Below are positions 1 through 10,965 of a stretch of 64,000 nucleotides of DNA, piece by piece; the stretch's first letter is position 1, and every line of letters starts with the position of its first letter. Both the position numbers and the translations under genes were made by a program. Source of the stretch: a virus (Duplodnaviria; Heunggongvirae; Uroviricota; Caudoviricetes); IMG/VR virus record IMGVR_UViG_2537561935_000012; one strand, written 5' to 3'. Below the pieces are notes generated by a model. That model was not told the origin of the DNA. It worked only from the letters and a program-made list of their open reading frames with translations, and did not search any database.

Positions 1-286
1 CGATGAAACTCTCCGTGATGGAATCATCATCAACGGTGAATTCGAGAAAGCAAAATTTAGCCTTTATGACTCTATAGAACCGATCATCTGCGACCGCTGG
101 CCGCAGGCAAAAATATATCGCCTGGCAGATATTGAAAATGTAAAAAAACAAATTGCCATCACTCGCGAAGAGAAAAAGGTCAAATCAGCCGCATCAGTTA
201 CGCGCAGCCGTAACACTAAGAAGGGGCAGCCAGTAAACGACAACCCCGAAAGCGCGCAATAGTTTCTATCCGGCATGGTAAATGAG

Positions 287-1771
287 TTATTCATTAAGCC
301 ATGCCAGAGCTTCATCAACCTGCGCTTCGTCTTCGACGCTAAGCACTTCATCCTGGGGAACATAATCAGCCAGCATAGCGAAACAATATGTATCCCAATG
401 GTCTGGTGAGTGCAGGTTGAGTTTTTTCTTCATATCCTCCTTACTCATCACCTTCCATTGACCTGCGGAGTTAATCCCTACAGGGATTTTCGACGCTTCC
501 TCAATAGTTTCATTACCCTTATCCAGTCTCATACGACCAGATTTTACGGCCTCTGCGGCTTGAACGTTGGCATAAGCACGTTTATCAAAGTACAGGCTCT
601 TATCTTCACGGCTATGCATCTTTTTACCCCAGCGTATACGCTGTACGGTAATACCATAATACTCGTACATCAGATCCGCCGTTGCTTTACCCAGGCCATC
701 GCCGTCTATCGCTATGGTGATATTGGGGAATCGCTCAGGATTACATTCTGCGAAAATTTTGGCGGCAAGCTGCGTTTCTGTAACGTCTGTGTATTCCAGC
801 ATTCGATAGTTGATTACACGGCGTTTATTTCGCTGGCCGGACACCATCATGATATTGATAACGGACTTATCCCGTCCCGTACCACCAGCAACGTCCACAC
901 ATGCAAGCCAGCCCCATCCTTTTGCAATCTTGACTTTCCGCCGCGTTGCACGTTCAACCTCATCACGCCCAAGAAGGAAGCCATCCTGTGATTTAGGGAA
1001 TAGGCCGCGTACCTTAATCATGTACATAGGGTTATCACGCCCGCCGTACTCCGCCAGCTTCATTTTGATAAATGCTGGCGTTACCAACGGTGATTCCTCA
1101 CTGTTAAGCGTGATCGCCGTATAAACGCCATCAGGGTTACCAGGACGCTTGGCCAGTTTATGGTGTGTATCGTAGAAATAGCAGCTTGGGCGTGTAGGCT
1201 GTGACAGCAATAAGATGCGGTTATCCTGTCCGGTAAGAGCACCGGTGATGATACCGAAAGCTCTATCACTGACACCGGAGGCTTCATCGATAATATACAG
1301 AAGATGATCTGCGTGTTCACCGGCGAGAGCTTCTTCACTTCCCAGACGAAAGCCCTTCGGTACTACAGTCCATACACCTTTACCAGTAATCTCATAGAAA
1401 GCGGTTTCTGTCAGAACAAAATAATCAGCAAGCCATGGGAAACGGCTGGGGGCAGTAGCCCAGTTTATCTTGATGTACTTGAATATACCGGTCATTACCT
1501 GCTGAATTTTGTTCGCAACGATAATGGCACGGGCACCTGGATACATGATTATGAACAACATGATCATGATAGAAGTCATGTCTGATTTCCCGGTACCGTG
1601 ACCAGACGAAACAGATGTCTTGCTACCCTGTTCCTGCACAGACTCAATAATCAGATCCTGCTGCCAGGTAGGTGTTTTGCCGAACAAAACATCAGCGGCA
1701 GCAATCAAGTCATAACGATATAGCGCCACCAGCTCGCGCCAACGTGGATCCGTTACGCAACTTCTGGCCAT
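287..1771 (-). CDS. pacB: terminase large subunit (PacB)
   Basis: 494-aa ORF; Walker A-like GHGTGKS and DEAS; immediately follows pacA. Confidence 0.9.
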   Translation of the reverse strand: MARSCVTDPRWRELVALYRYDLIAAADVLFGKTPTWQQDLIIESVQEQGSKTSVSSGHGTGKSDMTSIMIMLFIIMYPGARAIIVANKIQQVMTGIFKYIKINWATAPSRFPWLADYFVLTETAFYEITGKGVWTVVPKGFRLGSEEALAGEHADHLLYIIDEASGVSDRAFGIITGALTGQDNRILLLSQPTRPSCYFYDTHHKLAKRPGNPDGVYTAITLNSEESPLVTPAFIKMKLAEYGGRDNPMYMIKVRGLFPKSQDGFLLGRDEVERATRRKVKIAKGWGWLACVDVAGGTGRDKSVINIMMVSGQRNKRRVINYRMLEYTDVTETQLAAKIFAECNPERFPNITIAIDGDGLGKATADLMYEYYGITVQRIRWGKKMHSREDKSLYFDKRAYANVQAAEAVKSGRMRLDKGNETIEEASKIPVGINSAGQWKVMSKEDMKKKLNLHSPDHWDTYCFAMLADYVPQDEVLSVEDEAQVDEALAWLNE

Positions 1772-2964
1772 TAATCATCATCCCCGTATAGCTTGCGGGT
1801 AACTTCTTCGTCTTCCTCCTCGTCTTCGTCCAGGTCTTGTTCCAGCCATGGGTCGTTTGATACACCTTCAGTATCAACATCTCCATAACCGCCTGTATCA
1901 ACGATATCGGCGATTTCTTCCCTACGCTGCTCAATCCACAATGCGGCATCGGCGCGGCGGTTGGCGGCCCGTTCTCGCGCAACTTTGTCCAGATCTTCAA
2001 GAGAAGGGCCACCGACGGCTGTTTGCCTTTCCTCATCATCGGTATTGGTCTTAGGAGCACGCAGATCGGCTTTGATTTGCTCCAGCATCAGGGGCGGTAC
2101 TTTCCCTCCATGCGCCTCGATGAATTCAGCTGCCTCCAGCACTGACCAGTTGTTTTCACGCTTTCGTTCGTATGCCAGCTTAACAATGCCAGCTTGCCCC
2201 ATAGACAAAGCGTGCTTTTCCGCCTCCCGGCTTTCTTTTCGATAGTTATTCCGGATGCTGTAAATGGTGTTGATCAGGCTGCTTATCTGCGCGGAACAGC
2301 TGTTTAGCATGCTCGCGATACGGTATTCAGGCGGAGTTCCTTCATCATCGTCTTTTTGCTGATCGCGCATTTCCTGAACCAAGCGAATACACGTATCCCT
2401 GGCGTTCTCCAGCATAAGGAGATGAGAGAGAGACTTTTCCAGAAGAGTGGTTTCCAGAACATCAGCCCCGGACCGACGCAACATAGCGCGCGCGGCCTTC
2501 CGCGCTTCAACGTTATCTATCAGGTAATCGCCAGCTTCGAATTCAAAGCGTTCACCATCATCATCCAGGGTGTCGCGTTCCAGGCGATCACGTAAGGTCC
2601 GGTGGGCGCGGGTGATCACGTCATGATCATCAGAACGATCATTTATGCGCTTATTCTGGCGCTTCGCGTTCTCGACTGCGGCACTAACAACAGCATTAAC
2701 TCTTTGTTTTTCAGCCATTTCAGCCACAATGTGATCACCTGCACGTTGATCATTAGCGTGATCAATGATCATGCTTTTTAGTGGTTTTCTGACAGGCTTA
2801 TTTGGCTTACGGCTGTCCGCTGTTCCGGTGTCTTCTTTGAATGCACGGAGATAACGACGTGCGGTGTTTGGGTTGAGATTAAACTCGGCGGCATATTGTG
2901 CGATGGTGTAACCACCATCTCGCGCCAGGCGAGCAAAATTCTTCTTGTGATCGTCCCAGGTCAC
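1771..2964 (-). CDS. pacA: terminase small / pac-recognition subunit (PacA)
   Basis: 397-aa ORF, HTH-like N-terminus, acidic C-terminus; contains the pac hexamer arrays; 1-nt overlap with pacB. Confidence 0.85.
   Translation of the reverse strand: MTWDDHKKNFARLARDGGYTIAQYAAEFNLNPNTARRYLRAFKEDTGTADSRKPNKPVRKPLKSMIIDHANDQRAGDHIVAEMAEKQRVNAVVSAAVENAKRQNKRINDRSDDHDVITRAHRTLRDRLERDTLDDDGERFEFEAGDYLIDNVEARKAARAMLRRSGADVLETTLLEKSLSHLLMLENARDTCIRLVQEMRDQQKDDDEGTPPEYRIASMLNSCSAQISSLINTIYSIRNNYRKESREAEKHALSMGQAGIVKLAYERKRENNWSVLEAAEFIEAHGGKVPPLMLEQIKADLRAPKTNTDDEERQTAVGGPSLEDLDKVARERAANRRADAALWIEQRREEIADIVDTGGYGDVDTEGVSNDPWLEQDLDEDEEEDEEVTRKLYGDDD
2585..2772 (-). promoter_or_regulatory. pac: pac packaging site: two clusters of TGATCA/CGATCA hexamers with GATC cores
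   Basis: four hexamers at 2586-2641 and four at 2732-2771 flanking a ~90-bp spacer inside pacA. Confidence 0.75.
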
Positions 2965-3050
2965 TTATGCTTCCTTTCGTATAAAACTCTTTTTGACGCG
3001 AGGGTAACGAAAGTCACATGTCAAAAGGCCCGGAACGGGCAAGCAATCAA

Positions 3051-3503
3051 TCAGATACGTGCGGATGTGGCATTACCGTAATGACGGTGCTGACGGACCA
3101 CCTTATTGAAAAGTTGACGCGCCATCACCCAAGGCTGGTGCTCCCGGCGTTCCTTTTCGTCCTGCGTCATATAGAGTTCGTTCTGGAGTTTTTCATCAAA
3201 CCGGCGCGGAGCGCGGCTGCGGCGAAAGAATTCAGGATTCAGAGAGTGGATCTGAAATCTACGTGGGCGTGTACTGTCATCAATCAAAACAGACGAATAC
3301 TTAGACACAGCGATAGCCTTTAAGCGCAGATAAACATCGCGCTTATCGACATCCAGATGCGGGTATTCCTTTTCAAGAATTGCTGCAAGTTCTTTCGCTG
3401 ATAGAAGAGATTTAGTGCGGATCATGTAATCCGCAATCTCGTACGATGTTATTCGTGAGTGATTTATTTCCATGAAGTGGCGTCCCTGCCAGTTAAGTAA
3501 CAT
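3051..3503 (-). CDS. lpa: late promoter activator Lpa-like protein
   Basis: 150-aa ORF directly upstream of pacA, preceded by an operator-like site; assigned by synteny and size only. Confidence 0.5.
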   Translation of the reverse strand: MLLNWQGRHFMEINHSRITSYEIADYMIRTKSLLSAKELAAILEKEYPHLDVDKRDVYLRLKAIAVSKYSSVLIDDSTRPRRFQIHSLNPEFFRRSRAPRRFDEKLQNELYMTQDEKERREHQPWVMARQLFNKVVRQHRHYGNATSARI

Positions 3504-3573
3504 CCTGTCACCTACTGATTAGCCCATGTCAACTAATCAACGTGGAATATAATACCCTCGATTAAAGAAATAG

Positions 3574-3590
3574 CAATACATTAGAGCAAT
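3574..3590. promoter_or_regulatory. C1 operator-like site (14/17 to ATTGCTCTAATAAATTT)
   Basis: caatacattagagcaat about 70 bp upstream of the lpa start. Confidence 0.45.
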
Positions 3591-3591
3591 T

Positions 3592-4635
3592 TTATCTAAC
3601 GCTCGACGAGTGACTTGTGATAGCGCCGACTCCAAGCGCGTAATCAAAGAACAATCGTTGATGCATCGCCAGCCTACCGTGCGTCTTCTCCCAATTATCG
3701 CGGTCACGCTCAATATCACGCTGGCATGACTGGCACAGAGGAATAGCATAAATGTCATGCGCGCATAATCGACTATGACGAACGATATAAGGCGTAATGT
3801 GAGCGCCAGCTCCCGCAGCTCCACAGCCACAGCATGGACGGGAAGCCACAAAGTCCATGTACTCGGGCAATTTTAGCGATTGAAGTTTTGGTATTTTGAA
3901 ATGCGCCATACCTGGGTCGGAGTCAACATCCACAGGGCATACTTTTGCACGCATCGGCGCGGCGCGTTCTTCCATCATCTGAACATATGCTGTAGCGCGA
4001 TCGTCATACGGGCGAATATCCGCCTCTTTCAGAGGTCCGCTATCCTGCGGAGTAGCCTTCATCTTATTTATTGATATGCGGCAGACTTCTTCCGGCATCA
4101 GGTGCATCATGTTGCGCATGAAAGCCCACCAGCACAGCTCCTGAATACTTAAATCATGGCTATTTGAAAGGCCCATTTCCTGACGGGCGACATCCAGTAT
4201 CCAGTTAACGCGATTATTGTGCAGCGTTTCTTTCAGCTCATTAAAACCACGCATCCGGTAATGGTTATCGTGATGCCAGCACAACAACACCGCGCTATTG
4301 TCTCGTTCAGCGTGGACAATATGGTTGTCACACCAACTACGATCTGCGGCCTGGCATTGACCCTCTTTCCTACGCAACCACGCCACCAGCGCGTCAATTC
4401 CACCAATACGGCGAAACAGTTCATCGCTGTTAAAAAACGGCTGCAACGCCTCATTTGTTGCCATGGTTTGCTCGGTAACAACGAGGCCGTCTTCCATGTG
4501 CTCGATTAACTCACGCGGCACCGGCTCCATAATAAATTTACGGCCAGCCTCCACCAGCTTTCTGACCTCCTGATCCACTTTGAACGTGGCGAGGCCAAGC
4601 TCTTTCTGTACAAAGGGAGTAATTACGGCTTTCAC
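3592..4635 (-). CDS. pdcB: PdcB-like protein with Cys-rich C-terminal motif
   Basis: 347 aa; sits between doc and lpa; CCGCG and LCQSCQ cysteine motifs. Confidence 0.5.
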   Translation of the reverse strand: MKAVITPFVQKELGLATFKVDQEVRKLVEAGRKFIMEPVPRELIEHMEDGLVVTEQTMATNEALQPFFNSDELFRRIGGIDALVAWLRRKEGQCQAADRSWCDNHIVHAERDNSAVLLCWHHDNHYRMRGFNELKETLHNNRVNWILDVARQEMGLSNSHDLSIQELCWWAFMRNMMHLMPEEVCRISINKMKATPQDSGPLKEADIRPYDDRATAYVQMMEERAAPMRAKVCPVDVDSDPGMAHFKIPKLQSLKLPEYMDFVASRPCCGCGAAGAGAHITPYIVRHSRLCAHDIYAIPLCQSCQRDIERDRDNWEKTHGRLAMHQRLFFDYALGVGAITSHSSSVR

Positions 4636-4846
4636 ATCACACCTTTAATCACTGATTGGGCTTTATCTGCTGCCCGGCATTCTCTGTTTAAGCACAACCA
4701 TTTCCTGACGGCATAACACAGCAATAGCGGTCCTGACTCCAATTTGCTTACCAACCAGGTATTGCTTTACCTTGCGGCGACTCACGCCATCAAGAAGCAT
4801 CTTTAACGCTTCACGGGACAATTTGTTGTATTTGCGTGCCATTAAT

Positions 4847-5227
4847 CTACTCCGCAGAACCATACAATCTACGTAACGTGTCGGCGACAGAAGATACAGA
4901 TATCTCGCCAGTCGCAGCGCCTACAGTAAGGTCTGCCAGTTCAGGTGAATCAAATACCTGCACCCCGTTACGGCGTAGAAATAGCAGCGCACTGTTTAGC
5001 GCGGTACGCTTATTGGCATCATTGAATATATGCCCTCTCGCTGTAGCCACCAGGTAGGTGGCGGAGACTTCGAAAAGGTCGGTGATCTCTTCGTAGGCAA
5101 CTCTGGCCTGAACTCTCCCGATAATGGCCTCTGCCCTACCCGGATCAGACATTCCCGGCAGGCCGCCGTAGCGGCTTATATTCGCATCATGAAGCGCAAT
5201 AAGTTCTTCCGGTGATATATGCCTCAT
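4847..5227 (-). CDS. doc: Doc toxin (Fic fold)
   Basis: 126 aa; Fic motif HIFNDANKR; start overlaps phd stop. Confidence 0.95.
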
Positions 5228-5448
5228 TATCGGTTAACCAGTTCCTTGTTGGTGGAGTCCAGGGTGTCAAACAGGGATGCAAATTCAGCATCCAGCGCCG
5301 CTTTTTTGTAGGCTTCGAAAGTAGCCTTGCTGACAATTACTGCTGGCTCACGGCCTCTGCGGGTGATTTCAACCTCTTCCCCGGCTTCAACATTGTTGAG
5401 CACTTCAGAAAGGTTGCCACGCGCGGTACGGAAGTTAATGGATTGCAT
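5227..5448 (-). CDS. phd: Phd antitoxin
   Basis: 73 aa from the second Met, [16 protein letters not shown]...; translationally coupled to doc. Confidence 0.95.
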
Positions 5449-5455
5449 AAACACC

Positions 5456-5480
5456 TCGTGTACTCGTTATGTGTACACAA
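5456..5480. promoter_or_regulatory. phd-doc operator palindromes
   Basis: cgtgtactcgttatgtgtacac (GTGTAC-type palindromes) just upstream of phd. Confidence 0.5.
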
Positions 5481-5520
5481 TTATAAACTTCACAGGCATA
5501 AAGCACCAGCACTTTGCAGC

Positions 5521-5910
5521 TTAAATAACCGGACAATCATCAAATTCCCCACTTCGGGCATCATTGATGACATGAGTGATCACACCAAAAACAGCATTAC
5601 TGCCCGTGTATCCATCGTCATCTACTGGTAACGCCTCTTTCTTCCCGGTGCTTAAATCCTCCAGGTGCTGGCGCGGATACTTCCTGTATCTCTTTATGCG
5701 ATATTCACCCTCCATAGCGCACACAAGCAGAGAACCATCAACCGGAGTAAGCGAGGAATCAACCACCAGCAAAGCACCCTGCAATATTCCCTCACGGTGA
5801 TGGCTATCAGCTGCCCGCATGAAGTAGGTCGCTGAAGGATGTCTAATTATCTGCTGATCAAGAGAAATTCGGCTTTCAACATAATCCGCCGCAGGAGAAG
5901 GGAAGCCCAT
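5521..5910 (-). CDS. humD: UmuD'-like protein HumD
   Basis: 129-aa ORF downstream of an SOS box; assignment by size, context and recall. Confidence 0.8.
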   Translation of the reverse strand: MGFPSPAADYVESRISLDQQIIRHPSATYFMRAADSHHREGILQGALLVVDSSLTPVDGSLLVCAMEGEYRIKRYRKYPRQHLEDLSTGKKEALPVDDDGYTGSNAVFGVITHVINDARSGEFDDCPVI

Positions 5911-5928
5911 AGCGTTTTACCTCAATGA

Positions 5929-5948
5929 TACTGTTTATTCATACAGTA
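5929..5948. promoter_or_regulatory. LexA (SOS) box
   Basis: TACTGTTTATTCATACAGTA, CTGT-N8-ACAG, 19-38 bp upstream of humD. Confidence 0.75.
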
Positions 5949-6033
5949 TACATTGAAAAGGCATAGTTTGTGAAAGCGGGGTTTGTAGGCGCGCCACGCT
6001 GGGGGCTAATCACATTTCTCCCCCATCTTGCCG

Positions 6034-6285
6034 TTATTTTTTTGGTGCATCCTCGTTCTGATACACCGGATCGCTCCCTTTTGGCAACTGGAGGCTTAAC
6101 TGCCGATAGTGCCGTAACCGTTCCATGAAATAGGTGCGCAGATTCTCTGGTTGCTCGCGGGCTACCTGTTCAGCTATGACAGGTATGTTCAATCGCTCTT
6201 TGTACGCCACACCGCTGGCAGCCAGATCAACGTTAACCTTATCCCGTTCTTCCTGACTTTTAGCTGCAATATTCCAATCGTGCAT
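6034..6285 (-). CDS. hot: DNA polymerase III theta-subunit homolog (Hot)
   Basis: 83 aa from an internal Met; [20 protein letters not shown] resembles HolE. Confidence 0.8.
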   Translation of the reverse strand: MHDWNIAAKSQEERDKVNVDLAASGVAYKERLNIPVIAEQVAREQPENLRTYFMERLRHYRQLSLQLPKGSDPVYQNEDAPKK

Positions 6286-6734
6286 ATCAAATCCCATCCA
6301 GAACAATTGCGTAACGACTATTATTTAACCAGCAAAGTAACTTTTAATTTTTTTTCTTTTCCCATTGATTTTTGTGCACAGCTTATCTGCCTTGCCGTGC
6401 GCAGAATCAACTTTTTTCTTCCTGATTTATCCACAAAGTTATGCACTTGCAAGAGGGCCATTTTCTAAATATTGTGATGTTTCACAAATGAAATGAATTT
6501 TGATTAATGAAGATAAGGAGAAAATTTGAGATGCAATCATGACGTTAATAGATAGGGTCTGCATTACAGACCCCATCCGCATCAAGGAATTAGCCGTTCC
6601 CTGATGTTGTTCCGAAAACATGTGCCGTAAGCTCACGTTAACGACTTTCTTTCACCGAATCCAACTATATAGGGGTTGGGTTTCTACGTCAACGTGAGCA
6701 AGTGCTCCTTTACATTTGACAAGGAACCACCTTA

Positions 6735-6872
6735 ATGACTGCTTTTTTTCAGTTCCTGAGTGCATTTTTAGATGCGCCTGTTATTAGCCAGATTCTGGCG
6801 ATCATCCTCATCATCGTTTTGATTTTGCTTTTAAGGTCAGTAAAAAATGGAATTATGCACTGGCTTACTTAA
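6735..6872 (+). CDS. small hydrophobic protein, 45 aa (candidate)
   Basis: AAGGA RBS 8 nt upstream; one TM-like helix; opposite strand inside a 640-bp AT-rich gap. Confidence 0.3.
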   Translation: MTAFFQFLSAFLDAPVISQILAIILIIVLILLLRSVKNGIMHWLT

Positions 6873-6946
6873 TGTTCAGTGAAACATTAAAATCTCCTTG
6901 ATGTGGAAACAATCATTTTCTGTATGTGCTGGTGGGTACCTGTAGT

Positions 6947-7309
6947 TCAGCTTTCGTTGGCATTTAACTTCGTCTTTGCTTTCTCCACCAGCAACTTCCA
7001 GATGCCTATTTCATTAGCAGCCGCCTTGATGGCGGCATAAAAAGCATCTTGCTGATCGTAACGCTGAATCTGTTTTTTCAGTTTTGCCTCCACCAATTTA
7101 ATTTCATTACGTGCTTTCTGAAGCCGCAGCGCCGCCCGGTTACGTCTGTTCTTGTATAGCGCGTTAATCTCTGATAATTGCTTTAATTTACCAGCCTGAC
7201 TGCGGATTATCGCCTCTCTGACTTCTGCCGTGCGTCTCATCTGATCTCTTAAGAGTTCACCGTTTTCGATAATTCTTTCAAGGTGTTTGATGTGATCTGC
7301 AACTCTCAT
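6947..7309 (-). CDS. hypothetical coiled-coil protein
   Basis: 120 aa, heptad-rich; 4-nt overlap with upstream ORF. Confidence 0.5.
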   Translation of the reverse strand: MRVADHIKHLERIIENGELLRDQMRRTAEVREAIIRSQAGKLKQLSEINALYKNRRNRAALRLQKARNEIKLVEAKLKKQIQRYDQQDAFYAAIKAAANEIGIWKLLVEKAKTKLNANES

Positions 7310-8238
7310 ACTTCACCCTCGCTTGTATCGCCAGCATCCACCAGCGGCAATAAAGCCCTGGCCATCTTATGAACCAATAGTGCATCAATAATGCCAAGCG
7401 TATGCCCCGGCTTAATGTTTAATGCCGCCTCAAGGTGACACCTTTCCAGGCCACTTTTCTCGGCTTGTTTATGATGATCTGGTGTAATAACGTCGCCCAA
7501 AACACGGCTAATTCTTTCTCGTAATTGCTGGGTGCCAGCACACTTGATCGCTGTATCGTGGAGACGGTTAACCAGTTCGCGATAAACATGCGGCTTAATT
7601 CGGATACGTTCACCGGTGACGCCCTTTCCTGGTGCTGGCACCGAACTATCCGGAATATCCGGATAGTTGCCAGCCTCGTAAGCTACCCGCAGCCAGTGCA
7701 TGAATGTTTCAGTGGACACACAACCACAGTCCACATCGATTTTCCCGCGTTGCTGTTCCAGCCATTGCCCAAAATCCAACCTGTAAGTCTTACTTTCAAG
7801 TTCATCACCATTGAACTCGACTTTCTGCGACGCTATGAGAGCTGATTCGTATTGTTCGCGAGTGACAACTGACTGGTATTCATCGCTATCAAGGTCACCA
7901 ATTGGAAGCTCAATCTCACAACAAAAATTGCGCCCAAAGAAAGTGTCTTTTTTGTGGTCTGAGCCAAAAGCAAAAGTCGCGCATGGTGCCATTAAATTGA
8001 CACTGGGTAGGTAACAATAACTCATTCCATCAGGCCACCCGCCGCACTTAGGCAGTTCCTTCACTAACAAGTCGATAAACTTCATTTTTTTATCATCTTT
8101 GCAAGCCGCCAAAGCCATTTGGGCAAGTGCCAATACTTCATCTGCCGTATATCCAGCACCGTGACCATACATTTCGATACGGGAAATAATCTCTGATATA
8201 CGCTCTTCAGTGATTCTGGTCATTTCTTTTTGCGCCAT
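7306..8238 (-). CDS. hypothetical protein
   Basis: 310 aa, no recognisable motif; overlaps neighbours on both sides. Confidence 0.55.
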   Translation of the reverse strand: MAQKEMTRITEERISEIISRIEMYGHGAGYTADEVLALAQMALAACKDDKKMKFIDLLVKELPKCGGWPDGMSYCYLPSVNLMAPCATFAFGSDHKKDTFFGRNFCCEIELPIGDLDSDEYQSVVTREQYESALIASQKVEFNGDELESKTYRLDFGQWLEQQRGKIDVDCGCVSTETFMHWLRVAYEAGNYPDIPDSSVPAPGKGVTGERIRIKPHVYRELVNRLHDTAIKCAGTQQLRERISRVLGDVITPDHHKQAEKSGLERCHLEAALNIKPGHTLGIIDALLVHKMARALLPLVDAGDTSEGEV

Positions 8239-8594
8239 TTCTTTTCACATTCCTTAGTCCATTTTTCAATGTTCATTTTGGCAATATCAGTCATTCCATC
8301 ACCTAAGAAATACTTTCTCCGGTACGTCTTGCACTTAAACCACACTACAACAGCCACCAGCCAGAAAATAAAAGGCCATACAGCAATACCAACTCCAGCC
8401 GCGATAAAGCCCAATAGCCATAAATGAAGCTCTCCAACTTCTGTTTGCGGCAATATTCTTAAAGAATTAAGCAGCAGACTGAAGGAATAGTCGTATGCAT
8501 TGGCGGTATAAGACATGCAATCCATATAATTAAAGTCATAGCCTGCGGCTGCCGCCCATAATGGGCGGTCAAGAAAATGTTTTAGTGTCATCAT
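8220..8594 (-). CDS. hypothetical membrane protein
   Basis: 124 aa; TM segment LWLLGFIAAGVGIAVWPFIFWLVAVVVWF then Lys-rich tail. Confidence 0.5.
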   Translation of the reverse strand: MMTLKHFLDRPLWAAAAGYDFNYMDCMSYTANAYDYSFSLLLNSLRILPQTEVGELHLWLLGFIAAGVGIAVWPFIFWLVAVVVWFKCKTYRRKYFLGDGMTDIAKMNIEKWTKECEKKWRKKK

Positions 8595-8600
8595 ATAAAT

Positions 8601-8894
8601 TTAAGGTTCAGACCAGTTATCTTCAATAGCAATGCTTAATCTTTGTAGCCATTCTGCTAATTTCAGCATTGCTTCTCTTTCGCTTAAACCACGAGGAAAA
8701 TCATCAAGCGAAATTGTTGGCTTGAAGCCCCCGTAATTATCTATTTCAACAGTCAGATTTTGCTCCAGCACGGTATTCCTTACGCGGCTATTGTGCCGAA
8801 GCAAATATACTGAACGTGATTTATTGGTTTTATGGTCAAACTGATATTCGGTAAGTATCATCTGGCTTTTGCCATGACTATTACCTCTCCACAT
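8601..8894 (-). CDS. hypothetical protein
   Basis: about 97 aa from internal Met (MWRGNSHG) with GAGG RBS; AT-rich. Confidence 0.4.
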   Translation of the reverse strand: MWRGNSHGKSQMILTEYQFDHKTNKSRSVYLLRHNSRVRNTVLEQNLTVEIDNYGGFKPTISLDDFPRGLSEREAMLKLAEWLQRLSIAIEDNWSEP

Positions 8895-8901
8895 ACTTAC
8901 C

Positions 8902-9024
8902 TCACTTAATAAAACAACTCCATGCGTAGTTGATGATTTTTTCCCACGTAATATAAATCTGCACTCCGGCAGTAAAACCAAAGCCAACAATTGCTGAAAA
9001 AATCAAAACATTTACTTTTGACAT
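8902..9024 (-). CDS. small membrane peptide, about 40 aa (candidate)
   Basis: MSKVNVLIFSAIVGFGFTAGV...; stop sits 8 nt before the next start. Confidence 0.25.
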   Translation of the reverse strand: MSKVNVLIFSAIVGFGFTAGVQIYITWEKIINYAWSCFIK

Positions 9025-9072
9025 TATAAATTTTCTCTCGGTGTCGTAGGTGATAGCACCATAATTGATAAT

Positions 9073-9324
9073 TTAGTGAGTTAGCAGTTCCATTTTTTGG
9101 ATGATTTCCGCATGAGCATCATCGTTATCAACACTTAACTCGTTTAATGCCTCTCGCACTACATCAACTTCTTCTGGTTGGAAGAAGTCATCTCGGTAGT
9201 CACCAAATAGAACCGAAACAAGCCTGCCACCAGCAACATCAAGATTGGCGCTAACAGGTGGCTCTTTACCATCCTCAAATTCGACTACAAAAGTTAATTT
9301 TCCCATCGTTACCACCAGCGACAA
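9073..9324 (-). CDS. hypothetical protein
   Basis: 83-aa ORF. Confidence 0.35.
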   Translation of the reverse strand: MSLVVTMGKLTFVVEFEDGKEPPVSANLDVAGGRLVSVLFGDYRDDFFQPEEVDVVREALNELSVDNDDAHAEIIQKMELLTH

Positions 9325-9391
9325 ATTGAATACAAACCCAGTGCTGCCGCCATCACAATTCCTACCGTTGCGAATGCTTCAGGCCAGCTCA

Positions 9392-9652
9392 TTATCTCAC
9401 CTCCAGTCTCCATACCGCCTGACCAATCCGGCTGGCATGGGTATCTTTGGATACTGTTCCATCTTTAGCCATCTCCATAAGAATTTTGCGCAAATCTGCC
9501 GAACGCCATTCTTCATCAGGAAATTCCTTCTCCATTGCCAACCGCAGATTCCAGGTTGCCATCCTGAATGGATATTCCCCGCCGAGAGCTTTATCTTGCA
9601 GGGCAGCCCGGGAACGCATCACCTGCAAAACCTTCTCTTTTACATCCATCAT
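9392..9652 (-). CDS. hypothetical protein
   Basis: about 86 aa from internal Met; ATGA overlap with upstream stop. Confidence 0.35.
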   Translation of the reverse strand: MMDVKEKVLQVMRSRAALQDKALGGEYPFRMATWNLRLAMEKEFPDEEWRSADLRKILMEMAKDGTVSKDTHASRIGQAVWRLEVR

Positions 9653-10452
9653 TTCGCCTCCTGCGGCGGTTCTGGTAGCGGCATCCAGTACAAGGCGTTC
9701 CCTAACCACGATAAAGTGCCGTCGCTCAACTCCACGTATTCCCCTTGTACCTGTCCTGCCATATACTCGCCGTGCTTTGAATAAATTAAAATCCAATCAT
9801 CTTGAGCGGGCATTCGCTCACTACAGCTTATCCAACCATCCGGAGTTACCGGATAGTTGCCATTCACAAGGTCAGCTCGAACATATAGCGTGTCATCATG
9901 GTGCTGATTGTGGCTGCACCACGTTAATTCGCTTAACTCGCCATCTTCTGGCCATACTCCAGCTGTTTGCAGCCAGATATGGGCTGGCGCATCTTGGCAA
10001 GGTGTATTAACTGGCAACTTGTAAGTTTGGCTTACAGGTTGGCTACCCTGAAGCATGGCAGCGTGGCAGGCATCCTCAACGTTCTTCACTGCATCTGCGC
10101 AGTAGTTATAGCGATTGCATTCCACTAATTTCTGCTTGAGGTTTTCAATTGCTAACTCGATTTCATCCGGCACTACCGGCTCTGGTTGGATAGTGACGTT
10201 GGCAAAGGCAGCACGCAAACCGGCCTTAATTTCCTCTACTTCATCAGCGCCTAGCGATGAATCTGACAATGCGTGATGGAATGCGTAAGCCATGTCGTCG
10301 TTTACTGCAACCGGTTCTGCTTCCAGCGATGCCAGAGCAATTCGTGCCAGTTCTTCCGCTTCTTCTGCTGGCAGTACAACGTTGCTACCAGGTCCGTATG
10401 TTTCGCGCCACTGCTTGATTGTCAGCAGTCGCTCTTTGGTAATAGTGATCAT
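9649..10452 (-). CDS. hypothetical protein with DUF551-like C-terminal domain
   Basis: 267 aa; C-terminal W..D.LP pattern common in prophage proteins. Confidence 0.5.
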   Translation of the reverse strand: MITITKERLLTIKQWRETYGPGSNVVLPAEEAEELARIALASLEAEPVAVNDDMAYAFHHALSDSSLGADEVEEIKAGLRAAFANVTIQPEPVVPDEIELAIENLKQKLVECNRYNYCADAVKNVEDACHAAMLQGSQPVSQTYKLPVNTPCQDAPAHIWLQTAGVWPEDGELSELTWCSHNQHHDDTLYVRADLVNGNYPVTPDGWISCSERMPAQDDWILIYSKHGEYMAGQVQGEYVELSDGTLSWLGNALYWMPLPEPPQEAK

Positions 10453-10964
10453 GCCGCGTTTCCTTCTTTCTTATTAACAATTACACCGTCATATATTTCA
10501 TTAAGGTGCCCTCTCAACTCCATGCGCCTTAATGCAGATAACATGTAATCGCATTCAACCTGCTTATTTCCAGTAAATGGCTTATCGTCAGGATTACCCC
10601 AACAGCAATTACCCTTGGGCCACCCATGTACTTTCCGTACTCTTCCGTTAACAACGTGAAGTAATCCCCAGCCAGGTGGTAAATCCTCAACTGAAATAAT
10701 TCCCGGCTCACTAATAAAGAATCGCCAGTCGCCCATTCCAAGAGATGGATTTTTACGAAAACGCTTTTTTCTATCTGCCAACAAGTCAGCACGAGAACAC
10801 TTCGCCTCTATCAGGCATGATGCTGAATTTCTGAATCCCATAGCATCTGGCTGTTCTCCGGTACTGGTTACAGCTATAAAGCGGTCATGAAAACAAACCT
10901 TGAACCCGTTGCGCTTAAGGAACTTATACGCAATCTGACAGAGTTCGCGGTGTGTTAACGCCAT
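10449..10964 (-). CDS. hypothetical protein, possible PD-(D/E)XK-like nuclease
   Basis: about 171 aa from MALTHRELCQ with GGAG RBS; D..IEAK motif; weak. Confidence 0.4.
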   Translation of the reverse strand: MALTHRELCQIAYKFLKRNGFKVCFHDRFIAVTSTGEQPDAMGFRNSASCLIEAKCSRADLLADRKKRFRKNPSLGMGDWRFFISEPGIISVEDLPPGWGLLHVVNGRVRKVHGWPKGNCCWGNPDDKPFTGNKQVECDYMLSALRRMELRGHLNEIYDGVIVNKKEGNAA

Positions 10965-10965
10965 A

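Noticed and set aside
4663-4863. 66-aa minus-strand ORF between pdcB and doc
   Set aside because: No clear RBS and it overlaps the doc 3' end by 17 nt in another frame; weak HTH-like pattern only, so not annotated.
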